From contig NC_087437.1 of NCBI RefSeq assembly GCF_036321535.1, forward strand, positions 89,654,001 to 89,718,000: a stretch of 64,000 bases of DNA, written 5' to 3'. The notes below the pieces were generated by a model that had not been told where the DNA came from, made no database searches, and was given only the letters and a program-made list of their open reading frames with translations. This document shows, one piece after another, positions 1 through 13,600 of the stretch; the stretch's first letter is position 1; each line of letters begins with the position of its first letter. The position numbers were made by a program, and so were the translations under genes. This DNA comes from Camelus dromedarius. Lineage: Eukaryota.

Positions 1-3000
1 TAATTTTCAGGGATTCCTGGTAACAGTCTTCAAATCTAAATGATTATTTAAAAAATAAAAATGAAGCACACTGAAGAATCTTATATTCTGAATGCAGACT
101 TTCAGTATTATTAAAAGTGTTAGAGCTCTAAATCATAACTCCCAATTCAAAATAACAGAAAAAGGGCCCTTTTTTTCACATTCTAATGAAAGAATTCAAA
201 AAATGCAACCGTATTTTGTTATTGGAGCTTATTAGAGCACAACAGATCCTGTATAACCTTGTCAAAATAAAATCAGTTCCAACAAGCGCTGTATACAATA
301 AATTGAAGAGTGGTACAGCACCTTTTCCCCAATAACGAGCTTTTCAGGTTAAAGGTATGTTCTGTTCTCTACAAATGCAGTGTACAATAATTTCTAACTT
401 GTCAACCTGTTTTGTTTTGTGGCAGCTTCTCTTTTTAAAAATGGCATTCTGGCCCATTCAGAATGGATTTTCAAAGCAAAATTAAGTCTAAAGAGTCCCA
501 AAGCCCAAGTTGCTTATTTCTCTCCAAGGACCAGTATTCAACAGCAAGAAAAACTGCTACCATTTAGCCTGGACTCCATATGTCTACTTCCTTTCTGCTT
601 CGTATCACTTACTCGCCCAGGGGGGACCCAGGGTAATCAAGAGTGAATCCAAACCAAGGATTATTAGTGGAGATACAGAAGGGTCAGAACTCAACGTGTA
701 CAAGAAGTATTAAGGCAAGAAGTGTCTTTTTGATAGAAGCTATTCATATTTCTTAATTTAAAAAAATAATAGGGCATCTTCAACCTTACTGATAATTGCA
801 CTGCCAAAGGAAGCAATTGTAAGAGGAAAAGTTTACTGTATTTGCTTTTTTGCCTGTGCAGAGAAGAACGTTTATCTGTTCCCATTATGCTCAGCTACCT
901 GTAGCAGCCTATTTGGATTATAGCATAAGAATGGATAACAGCACCAAGGCTCTTACTCAAATGACAACCACCAGGTTGACAAGGCCTCAGCTCGCCAGAG
1001 CATGCCTCCTCCTCCAGAGCCCTATGAGAACCTCATCTGCTTCATAAAAAAGAGCCCTTTTAAAAATTAGATTTGAATGAATCCCTTTTCATTCCTCTGA
1101 TAGCTTCCACTGGCTTCACATACTAAATGGAATCTTTATACAATATATAAAAAAAGCTGTTCTTGAAAAATGAAAAATGAAAAGTACTGCAATTTTAAAC
1201 TGTAGGCGGTAACCAACAGTCCTATGTAATTACAAAAAAAGTTTATGAATAAAACCAGTCTGTTATTTGAAAAAAAAAAAACCTGTGTTTTTTTTTTTCT
1301 TTTAAAATCCTCTTTTCCACTCCAAACTGACAATGTAAAGTGAAATTTAAAGTAGGGGAAAAACATGCCTTTGATGTAGGGGATTCTACATTATTTAGCT
1401 CCTCCTACTTTCATTCTGGAAGCTCCTTCCTAAAAGTAATTTAACAAAAAGGAAACCAGATGATTTGATCTAATACTTTAACTTCTGTAAGGATTTCAGT
1501 TTCCTTTGGGAGACTATCATTGTCACTCATTAAATGAAAACCTTAAATCAAAGATAAATATACACAAGAGGAAGTCTGATGAGTAGAAAAACACTGATTG
1601 AGAAATCTGGATGTTTGGATTTTTCATCTAGGTTCTGTGATTAAATAGATGAGAGACATTTTGCCTATAATTTAATCCCTATGTATCTATGCTTCTTCAT
1701 CTAAAACACTGAGTTTAGACCTGATCATTTATACAGTCTTTTTGGACCAGCTTCTTTATCAGTGATGGATTACAGTTGATCTTCTAAAAGCAAAACATCT
1801 TCACTCAAAGAAATTAGTAAATGTAAAAAAATTTACATAACTTCAGAAGATTCATACAGTCCCTAAAGGTGTTGGTTCAGATTTAAAAATGCAATAAAGT
1901 AAGCTTATATGGTAACTTATAACTGTAAATTATGTATCTCTCCCAACTTCAAGATAATCTCATGTGCACTTGGAAAAAATTAATGGTAATATGAATGTGA
2001 TAATAAGAAATGCTAATGTCAGTGAACTTTTTAGGAGACAAAAATCACTCTTCTCATCAAGTCACCCTTATTTAAATATGTCATGCTATGATTCAAACCT
2101 CTCTTAAACTTTCTCTGCTTGATCTTATTTTTTTTCCAATGTTTATTTTCCATTGTGCAAAATAGCTGCTTAACATACACGTTATATATTTATATTGTTA
2201 TATAGACTTCTCATCAGGGAACTTAGATTTATTTCTCGCTTTAACTTGATTTCTCCTCATATTTAATACACAAATTCCATAAATGAGTAACACTGGGATA
2301 TGGAATCCTGAACTGAATATCCTTAGGGCTTAACTAAGTTGTACTACTATCCTATATTACAAACATGTATAAGTTGAAAAATGCTGCCACTAAATTGGAA
2401 GTTACTACACAGCACTAATTTTAGTGAATTCTAGTTTTCACATACATGTTTGTTGTCTGACAATTTTTAAATGTAGTTAAGTGCATCCAAATATAATATT
2501 TAACACTGTAATATAAAAGCTTATTTAATGAAAATTAAATGAGAATGTGAGAATGATTCAAAATAATTATAAACTTACTATTCCACAGCTTAACAAAACC
2601 AACGAGGGCTATCTACAGATACTTTTATGTATGCATATTAATAAATAGAGACTCTTTGATGTACCATGGCAGATAATCCCTAATAAACACTAAGAATAAT
2701 GTTAAGTCGAATTGTGAAGAAATACCTATTGAGTTCCACTTTCCATATTCCCTCCTATCACCGGTATCCCTGGAGTTCAGAGTTCTCACAAAAAGCAAGA
2801 TCTTTCTTAACCTTAGAAAAGCTTATTTAATAAACTGACTCCCACATGGAATTTACTGTTACAAATTGATAACCTTCCCCAAATTATTTACTTTTAAAAT
2901 ATAGGTTCAACAAAGAAGCGAACATTTCGACAAAGTAATATATTTCTAATTATGGAATTTCATATTCTCCTGGCTATGTCTCCTGGATTATTACAATTAG

Positions 3001-6000
3001 TGAGAGGACCTTGAAACCTCTGTGAAATTGCATCACGGCGAAACATATGAGTGAAAACACCTCACTGGTATATTTTTACTAAAAAGCCCAGGCACAGTTG
3101 AGAGTATTTATTTATTTATTATAGGAACTACAGTGCATGGCCTACCACTTTATATATAGTAGCTACTCAAGAAAGATTTCCTGAAATAGTAAACTATTAG
3201 ATAGTATAGCATTGGGATGTGAATTTTCAGGCCATGCCTCAAAGAAGTTTTATATATGCTGGGTTTGGTAAGCTAGGGTAATAAGGATTTGGGTTTTATA
3301 GTAAGTGTGATGAAATGCCTTTGGATAAATTTAAATTGGGGAAGATATGAAGTAATATGTATTAAAAATATTTATATATTGCAACTGTGTGGAGAAGTGG
3401 AAGCAGGGAAGCCACTGGACAATGTTTCAATAGTCTAGGCTAGAGAAGATGGTGGAAAGAAGCAGTCATTCTGGGAAAACGGTTTGGAAATAGTGTTGGC
3501 AGAACTTACTGATGAATTGGAGAGAGAAGGGCAGAGCAGAATCAAGGGTATTTCCCAGACTCCAGAATAAGCATGTGATGTTGCTACAATGTGTGTAAAA
3601 ACTACATTGTAAGAAGCTACAGAGCAGGTTTTATATAAAATCTGGTTAAGCATGCCTTTGTTTCTAAAAAGGAATGCCAATATTTCCCCCATGGACCACT
3701 GAATATTGCTTTAATTCTCTAATGAATGAATGCATATATACTTGGGTAGAAGAGCTTTGTGCATTTTGTAAAATCATAATCTAACCTTTTTAGCACATAA
3801 AAAAATTCAGAAAATCTAAGTGCCATGCGTATAATCCTCATGTTTCATTTATCTTTCTGTAATTGATAGAAAAGATCATATATAAATAGTGCAAGAAAAA
3901 ATATTTTAAATGTTGGACTTGCTGGATGATAGAGTCTTTCTGCCCTTCAGGCAGGAATGAGGGTTTTCCTCATGGACATTTCAGTTAGTGGTCCATCTAG
4001 GTAGGATAGAAACATTTATTTCTGAGTGGTATCTGAATTTTTGCCCTGAAAGTTGAAACTGTATCCACTTTATGCTCGTCTTAGAGAAATGAAATGAAGT
4101 GTCAACTCCATGTTGAGTATGTCTGCACACATCCCCTTTCAAAATATTTTGTAACGAAAGCAGTGCTCCTGTCTTCACTATTTGATCCCATCCCACTTCC
4201 CTCTGCAGAGTGCAACAGCATATTCATCCAGTCAGAGGTACGCCTTTCCTGCAGGCATCACAGCTCTCCCTGCTTATTCATGTCCAGAAATGCTCTATTT
4301 TATCTCTGCGATTAAAGAAAGTACTGTTTTAAGACTCATCCAACTAGTGTACTGTCTGGAAACTCTCAACCAGAGATGAGAGCAGCAACCACAGGGCTCT
4401 TCCCTTAGTGTGATGTTTGTTGTTCCATATGGATATTTTTTTCTGTCCTTTTCTTCCTACACCGTATATTTTTCCATCTCTGCTTCTAAAGAGAGCATCT
4501 CCAAAGGAAAAATGCTCATTATGAGCATATAGAATTAATTTACCAACTGGTAGGTCTGTTTCTATGTGAGGAAACAGATTTTAGCTGAATCTCTTTTTAA
4601 TGTTTGCTAGGCTGTACATCTGTCCGTAATCCAGGTTTCTCTTTCCCACCTCCCACCACTTATCTGAGCTCCAAGATTCACTCTCTTACCTCCATCCTGA
4701 CTGTATCATCTTTCCTAACAGTACAACTAAGCAAAAAAAGAAATTCATGTAGACTCTCAATATTTCTAAATGTTTCATTGCTGGGTAATTGTAATAGTAA
4801 ATGTAGGTGTGATTGCCAACCTTTTAGTCTAGCTACACATTTACTATGAAGCACAGAGTACATTTTTCATTTTAATTGATGAGAGTTCTCATTAGCTTTC
4901 AAATCACTGATAACCATAAGATGAGTATGTAAACTAGATACTCTGAGACTAGGATAGTATGTATCATAATCATATTTGCTTAGTTCCAGAGTAAGACAAA
5001 TTTAAAAACCAATTTAGGATATTATTTTATGATATTCCTCACCTGCTTCATAACTATTATGGCATTCACCTGTATTTATATTGATTATTTTGTTAACTTT
5101 AGGGTCCGTACTAATAACCATAAAGCAACTGAATTTGTATCTTGCACATTAGTTAAATATTTGAAAGAAATGAGATGGTTTAGAAATGTTTGTTAAAGTG
5201 AAAGAAAGGCTACCTTCTATGACTCAGTTTGCTTCTCTCCCATGGTAAGCAAATCAACTGAAAGAGGGAATCAGTATCTGGGATGGAAAGTGAATCTGCC
5301 TTTACCTATAGTGTCTGAAAGAGACAGATGTCTAAATGAATGCACCACAGAACTAGGAAGGTTGGTTTGATGCAGCAGTCTGTAACATCCTGCTGTACAA
5401 CTTTCTGTCTCTGTTTATTTTTGACATTTATTATCAACAATAAAAGCAGAGTGAAATGAAAGTAGCAGTTGTATCGATTTTTTTTAAGCTGGAAAGGCAT
5501 ATTTAATAACTTGATACCTTTCACTAAACTGGAGTCTCTCTTACTATAAAAATTAAAAATCTGAAACACCCTTTTTATAATTGTTCTTTACTAGCTAACA
5601 ATAAAATGGCATGGATCCTATTCTATATATGTGTTATTTCTGAGGTAAATTATCCTAGTAACAAACAAATAAAAAGCAACATCACATTTTTCATCAGTAT
5701 TCATTTCAATGGATACATGAACAAATCAAGCCAACCATGGCTGTCAAGTGGTATTTCAGGGATACAAAGTCAGCAACTGTCAGTAAACTGACTGGCATTG
5801 CATGAACATGTTTTTTATCCTATTTCACTTTCTACTATGATAATAATACTACTTATAGAGAATTTTACTTGTTTTTGTATGGCTATAATGATGAACTTTG
5901 CTAGGAAAGCAGAATATGTACACATAAAGTGAAAATGTGGAAAAAGTGCACAGTAGATAATTTTATTCAAAATAAGAAGAGCAAGATTTAAAATAATGAA

Positions 6001-9000
6001 GTAATGAATTGTTGTAAAATCTTATTTACATAAGTTGAAAAACTATGAAGTAATGGAATAAAAGTAGTGGCGAAACAGTTACAAATTTCATGGAAGGGTT
6101 ACTATGTTAATAGGAAAAGTAAATTTGAAGAGTGATGGAGGAGTATCTTGAAAAACTTTCTGGAATAGTGTGTCTGAACTCTGCCATGACTGTCTGAGAC
6201 AAGCCTGAGGTGGGTGCTAAGTGCAGTGGGTTTTCTTATGATCTGGACCTGCTGTTAGTGTAGAAGAAAAAATGTTATTATTATTTTTTTTTTACTTGTA
6301 TTACTGTATTTCTTCCTGAATCCTGGTGGGGGGGGGGGATTTTGAGACTTGAGATGATACTAAAGAGTTCCAGCATCTCTGTCCATCTTCCATCTGTATA
6401 TTGAGGCGAGGCTGTGAATTTCTCCAGCATGAGTATAAAGGGAGGTAAAAGCCATCGGGATAGTTGAGGAAGAAGTTTAGGAGTTGAGGGGATGTAATAA
6501 TTTGGTTTTTCCCTCTTTATAGATATTCTTTCAAAGTTTCCCACATACTATATGCTTCTGATGCTTTCAAAATAGTATTTTTTTAATCCATGGATGACAC
6601 ATAAACATAAAATCTTGAATTATTTCAAACCACAAAATAAAATTAGTCTCAAGTCATCTGTAATTCTCTGAAGCAATTTCTTGTGTGATAAATAGGTATC
6701 TTCTATGATTTCTATACTAAAAGATGCAAATATGGGTAGTCTTTCTTTGGGGAGAAGGTATTTTACCCAAACTCTCTGAACTAGATGTTTCATCAGAGAA
6801 ACAAGAGTGATTATAACTTTTACTATGTTCTCTCTGTATTGCTAATTTGCTACACTGTTGAATTTTTAAGAGTTTCTCTAATGCTTAATTAACAAGAATT
6901 TAGAATTTTCTCATTCTTCAATAGGAATAACCTAATTTACGATCTGGGTACCATTCAGGAAAGACTATGGGTAGTAAATTGTATGCAACTCTTAGCTAAA
7001 TATTATACCAGAGCACTGGACTGAGACTGCCTTAGATATCGTAAGACTACTAGTAACATTATAATAATGATACTCTGACTTATTGCATGTCTGTGTACCT
7101 GGCACTGGTGGGTGCTTCCATTTATAATGTATGCCATTTGTTTATGAATAATCTAGCAGTACTGGTTTATTTTAACTTTTTTTAATTCCAGACACTTGGA
7201 CCATGTTGTCACAAAATCTGAACATCTACATCATTGTATATCCATCTTCTCATAACTATTCTATTTTTATATTACAATTACTCAAATGCTTATCTTCCAT
7301 GTTTAAACTTCTTGAGTGCTAATCATCTTTGCTCCTACAGTGCCTTTGCACTCCATGAATAAGTGTAAATATTTATTTGGTGAATGAATATTTCTCTTGA
7401 CCTGAGTTCTCCAAAAAGTAAAAGCAGCAATGGAATAGCATATTTCAAAACCACTAATATGGAAGTAATTAGCATTCTAAATAAATAAATAAATAGCAAA
7501 TACCAATAACAGCATGCAAATAACTTCAATATTTTTATACAGAAACAAAAAAACTCAAAGCTACTGTGCTGACAGGAATTCATAACATTACTATGGCTAC
7601 CAATTTAGCAGATTAATTTTTCCATTGCTGAACTTGTTAATGAAAAATGAGCTTCTTTCCTAATAGACTCTCCACAGTGCAAATATTTCAAAAGTATAAT
7701 GCTTTATCTTAGAGGCAGTTGTATGCTGAGTTTCGTTAGGCCTTTCATTGAGGGTGAGTTTCAGACTAGCAGTTTCAAATTACCGTCTGTAGTTCTAAGG
7801 CTGAAATTTGCAAAGGTGTAATTAGGAGGGGGGAAAAAACCCTCCAGTGTCCATAACACAAAATGTCAGTGCTGTTAACAATTAAATGTGATAACATTTA
7901 AATAATGCACTTTCATTGACACCCAAAGAATAAAATCTAACCATTAGGATGCCATCTAGATAACAGATGATTTCACAGCAAAGTGCTCAGACCTCCATCA
8001 AGTTAAGAATCAATAGGACCTAGGTAACTGTGGTGGAGTCAAAGACACGGTCTCAGCTCATGAAAGGCCCTTCTGTGCTGGAGCTTCATTAAATTATCAC
8101 AGCTAATGTAAAATCAAACTTGGTGTACAAGATAAAAGGGTAAAGTTCTCACAAATGATCACTTATCACTCCATTCTGAAATGCATACAGCATTCATTAT
8201 AGATAGGAATGCCACTCAAATTTCATCATTTAGTCAGGTTTTGAAACAGCCAAACCATTAACAGAAGAGGACCTTTTTATGTTTATACAGCCAGTGACTA
8301 ATGAAACATTATACCCTGTGTGTAAAGGTTGGGGGGACCCTTTATTTTGTAATGAACCCAACTGGAGCCCTTTTTAAACACAGTGTAATATTGTTTCACT
8401 GTTTCATCGAGCCTCTCATTACTTGTGTCAATAATCCTAGGTAAACCACTATTGAACTTCACAGCATTTATCTAGCAGCAGGAATAGCATTAATCTATGG
8501 GGTGCTTTTGATGAATTGTAGTTCAAAAAGCAAAGCCAAAAATGACTTCTTACAAAGTGCTTAGAGAAGTATTTATTAGAAATATGTCAACTGCCAATGA
8601 CCTAAAGGTAGCTTGGCTATTTAGGAAACCATGCTGTTGGCTAGCTTGCAAACACTGGGAGAACATATTAATTTTCCCCACTTGAATTACTTAAAAAAAA
8701 AAAAGAATGACATACTTTTCATCTAAGTATATTATTTTTTCTGTCACTTCCCTTCTAATTCTCTGTATTTTTATGTCATATTGCTTTCGACACAAACTGA
8801 CATGCTAATACAATGTGCCCTCAGGTTCCCCCAAAATGGGAGACGCACTTAGAAAGCTGAGCGTGAATCAGACTTCACTTATGTGACTGTAGGATCTAAA
8901 CATCCAGGTCAGCATGAACTGAAAGCTACTCCTAGATCCTGCTCTAAGGATCTAACTTATCTTCTTGACACACTCAGTGGTTGTTATATTCCCTCTAGCA

Positions 9001-10426
9001 GGGAGCCTGGCAGAGTGTGTCTACGGGGGGTTACTGCATTCAATTCCAATTTATCAGTCTAATTTGATTTAGGCTGATCTTTCCCAAAAGTTGGAATTTG
9101 CACAATTCATAAGATGTTAGAAACAACTTTCTCAGCCTACTATCTTCAAGATGCTCATATGTAAACAGTAATATTCACTGCAAGTGTTCATTTGCCTTCA
9201 ATGACCGAGGGTTAAGAGCTGAGAGATGGTATACACTAAAGCAGTTTGAAAATAAGAAGTTTGTATATTTATTTAATATTATATGTTAATCTATATTATT
9301 ATTTCTCCAATTTTGGACTGTATCATAACAAAACAAATACCTTGAAAAAAACACAAACAGGATTATTTTTTCCCTAAAATTAAATCTCTTATCCCCAAAA
9401 TTCCCTTTTGGAAAGGCATAGAATTAACCTAAGTTTCTTATAGTATTTTATACTAAGATTCAAGGGAGAGATGTCAAATAAATATACTTCATAATTTCTA
9501 AGATCCACTGGATTTATTACAGCATTGCATAATTTTCACACAATATTCATTCAAATGCTGTAATATTGTGTAGAACACATTAGTCTTAGAAAAGGATTTC
9601 TTGGTGGTGAAACACATAAGAAAAATTTTACAATCTCTAATGAATTTTTCTCTTGGAGATTCACATTGTATCGTGTAAATAAACTCTGAGAAGTCCTGCA
9701 GTAAAGAAATCTGACTAGTTTTGTTTATTGTGATATTTACCAAGCTTATAAATGCTCAGCAAAATCTAACAATACGTTAAAGCTACCTAGTGAACAACCT
9801 GTCATGGCTTTTGGAGGCTGGGAAAAACAGAGTTTCTCTTAATCTTGGGTACTGGTATCTCTTTTTGTCATTTTGTTATATTTACTCAAATTGTGAGATT
9901 AGTGTAGAGGAGGAAAAATGTCTTTTGGGCTTTTCAAATTATTGTTCGTAAGAACTGAATGCAGTTATCATTAATCATGTATACCTGTCTTGCTAATCTC
10001 AATGACATGCTATCACTCTTTGTGAAACTAGTAATAGTGATTATAAGATGTATGTTTATAATACTACCAAAAATTAACATAAGGGAAATACAATTTTCAT
10101 GATTCTGATTTATAACTAGGCTTTATTTGTAAAATGTAAAGAAAACCATTAATATGATTTACTATTCACCAAATATTATGTATTATATTTATAATGAAAA
10201 TATTTCACAAAAATAATTCTTATTTCTAGCTGTATCTTATTTTATTAGTTTGACATAGAACATATTAACTGTGAATCTTGGAGATATTTACACTTACGAG
10301 AAGTGGTTCTGAAAGAAAGAGAAAACCTGCTTAAATCTGTTTATTATTCTAAAGATTGTGATAAATTTAGGCAGTTTTTCAGGTCATTTATTCTTCCACC
10401 TATAATAATGTAAAAAAAGTACTCAC

Positions 10427-10605
10427 CATGTACAATGAGAACGTACTCTGCGCTGCTTTGGCCAATGGTGTTTGTGGCTTCACATCGATATGTACCATTA
10501 TCCGTTTTGTTGAGGAAAAGAATGTTTAGCTCCCTACCGCTCACAACCATTCGGTCAGGATCCGGTAATTCTCCACCATCCTTCGTCCACAAAACAGGTT
10601 CTGGC
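10427..10605 (-). CDS. CADM2: CADM2 internal coding exon (179 bp), rest of Ig3: PEPVLWTKDGGELPDPDRMVVSGRELNILFLNKTDNGTYRCEATNTIGQSSAEYVLIVH(D)
   Basis: Ig motifs W-x-K-D and D-x-G-x-Y-x-C; recognised as CADM2. Acceptor aatag|, donor |gtgagt. Phase 2 to phase 1. Confidence 0.98.
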
Positions 10606-13600
10606 CTATTGGATTTAAACATATGTACAGACAAAAAATATATGAAACATTACATATTCTGTGAATTAAGTAAATCAAGCAATTTATAAATATCTAACAC
10701 CCATTTTGTGGATAACCATGTAGTAACATCTATAAGGTACCCAAAAAACCATAATGTACTCACTCAGAAGACTTGAAGGTATAGCAAATATAATTTAATA
10801 CTATTCTCCTTAACTAAGCACACATGTATTAAGGAACTGATTTTCTAAGTCATTACAGCAGTCACTGATATATAGCAGGTCCTGTGCCCCAGATTCTGTG
10901 CCTAAATGGCTCATACCTGCTGGTCTCTGGAGGTCTGCCTTTGGGTTATTGGAGCAGCCTTGCACAGAGATACCTGGAATTATACCTTTGTACCTGGTGT
11001 CACCAATGTGGCACAGCTTTGCCTGAAACCACCTGAAACCTTATGGAAGATATAACTCTTGATTCATGTCTTTAATTATGGCAGGATTTTGAGGGGCAGA
11101 AACGGAAGATGCCAACTCAAGAGTCAACCTTGGTTAGGAATCCTGCCTTTCAGAGGCCATACTGTTGAATAGATGAATTCAAATATGGTGAATGCCAGGG
11201 AAGAGTATAGAGTTAATAGGTAATATTGTTAGGGCTAAGATAACAAGCTAATAAAGGGCAAAGTTAAAAGCACTTGATATGATAACTCAGTTGAGAGTAA
11301 TAAAATCAAAAGTCAAGATGTAAGTTGATATTAAGGAACACAACCAAAATGTTCATAAGAATCTCAGTCCAAGACAATATTTATGGGACAAAAAGGTGAA
11401 CATGAAAAAGCACTATTTTAGTATTAGGCCTAAAGACTGATGATACCATTAATAGGGAATACAGAATGAATGTGGTAGTAAACATCTTGGTCACAAAGAG
11501 GAGAATGAACAAAAGCAAATAAATGAAAAAAATTTGGAACAGAGATGTCTGGGGATAAAACACAAACCTGTACATTTAAACCTGAACATTTTTTAGCAAT
11601 GCACTCAACCCTGGCCTTGAGTATCAGGTGAATAATTTCAGACTTTTGTGAATAATGAAAATATTTTGCTAAGGCTTTTGAGGAGTAAATATACCTTATC
11701 AGAGTTTCCCTTAAGAATACCAATTGGACTTATCTGAAAAACAAAAATTCAATGAAGAGACCATATATAGAGAGATCTGAAGAGAGAAAAAGTTTTACAT
11801 GAAGTTGGAGTGATAATAAAGGAAAGCATAGAATAACAGAAGATACTTGAAAAGCTCTTGGGAAAGGAGACACAACTTTTTGGAGCCAGAAAATGTATGG
11901 TGCTAATGAAAAGAGAAGAGGAACCCTCTTTATGGCGTCTAGTCTGTTTCATAAGAACATTCTTAGTCCTAAATAGGAAAAAAATAATAATGCAAGACCA
12001 ATCAACCAATCAACCAAATGAAAAACACAACATAAACCAGGTTGGAAACAAGCTGCGAAACAGAGGAAAGGAAAAGTTAATAATTTCAGTTTGAGGAATA
12101 CCAAATTCAAGTGCCAGAAGAAAATCAAGAAATACATCTCCAGCCAACAATAAGGAAATGAGAAATCAGAGCAGAAGGCAGGACTGGAATTCTTTTTACA
12201 GAGAGATTGGAGCCAAGCAACGGTCCAAAAATAAGAGAAAAAACAAAAGAGCAAATTACCAAACATCATGGAATACTCTTTCTTAGGTGATGAGGATAGA
12301 AAGACGATGTAGTTCAATACATCTTAGAGAAGTCAAAAGAAATTAACATTATCAGAAAAGAAAGAATCTCTTTAAACATTCACTGACTTACACATTTACA
12401 TATATAATCCATCCAATACCTTGACCTCCCAGTTCTCTGAACCTCTCACATCCAATAATCATTTTGTTAGTCCTACTCAGCCACGATCACACACTACACT
12501 TTGTCATTATCATTGCTTCACTACCTTAAATATTTCTGTTTTTTCAACCATAACCTCCAATCTTTTCAGTTCACTATTCAGCTCATCATCAAAACCTCCA
12601 ATCATAACTACTGAACCCATAATTTACCTTTCTTCTTCAACCCCCTCCTAACTTTACATCTCTCTTTAATCAGTATTACTGTGCAATCAATATGTTTTTC
12701 TTTTCCCATCCATTGTGCTTAAATGGTTAATTCCCAGCCCTGATGAAACCAACTTCTCCATCTTCTCTGTCTTTCTATCAGAACATCTAAACTGAAAAAA
12801 ATCAGAGAGAGAGTAAATGGTTGATTTTTTTAAAAACTTCTTGAAGTCATCATTAAGAACGCACATGAAGACAATGAAAGGCAATTTTAAAGTAAAATAC
12901 ACTTCATGACCGTGTCTTCGAGTATTTCATGACTTAAAAAATTTTTTTGTTTTTCTGATATGTGGAAACATATCTCACATATTAACATAAATGTTTAGAA
13001 TATAGGATTAGATCAACTCATTTCTGCCTTCCATAGTTCTTCAATGTAATATTTAAAATAATTATTTTTGCAAAATCTGTACTTTGGTACAGCTGGTATC
13101 ATCATTTGTTAATGGAGCTCTGCCCTAACATTTCAAATTTTAGGGCTGGAAAAACACAGTAAATGAAGAGATTAAAAAAAAGAGAGAGAGAAAGAGAAGA
13201 AGAAAATTCTTTACTTCTCTTTTAAATGTGTAATTTTCCATTGTGTTTCTAACCTGTTGAAATTATTTTTATTGACTCATTTAATAAGCATCTCTTTGTT
13301 TATCTGTGTGTGTGTGTGACAGAAAGAGTAAAACGGTTCTTTAATTTTTTTTCTCATTGGTTTCCACTCTGTTCTGGTGTTAGTGGTTTCTGGGTGTATT
13401 CTTCAATCTCTTGCTATATCTTCATAATTCTTAAGGGTTAGTCTTTACTCAGAACAGATAATTCCCATAGCTGTACAATTCTTGTTATGAAAAGCAATGA
13501 ATTTTTTTTCTATTTGCAGTTTGAGAATCCCAGTGATTTCTGTTGAAAAGCTCAACAATGAAAGCCCCCACTTAAATATCACCATCAGTATTTCTGACAG

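Noticed and set aside
1..10426. Next CADM2 exon (Thr-rich DVPNTLLPTT.. or DPNALAG..)
   Set aside because: No matching minus-strand sequence seen; presumably lies beyond the window start.
10344..10634. ORF-track extensions around the CADM2 exons (also 47337-47534)
   Set aside because: Residues outside the splice sites are intronic read-through, not a separate gene.
10870..11160. GC-richer patch resembling an old ERVL-type LTR (also about 8810-9060)
   Set aside because: Too degenerate to assign a family or termini by eye.
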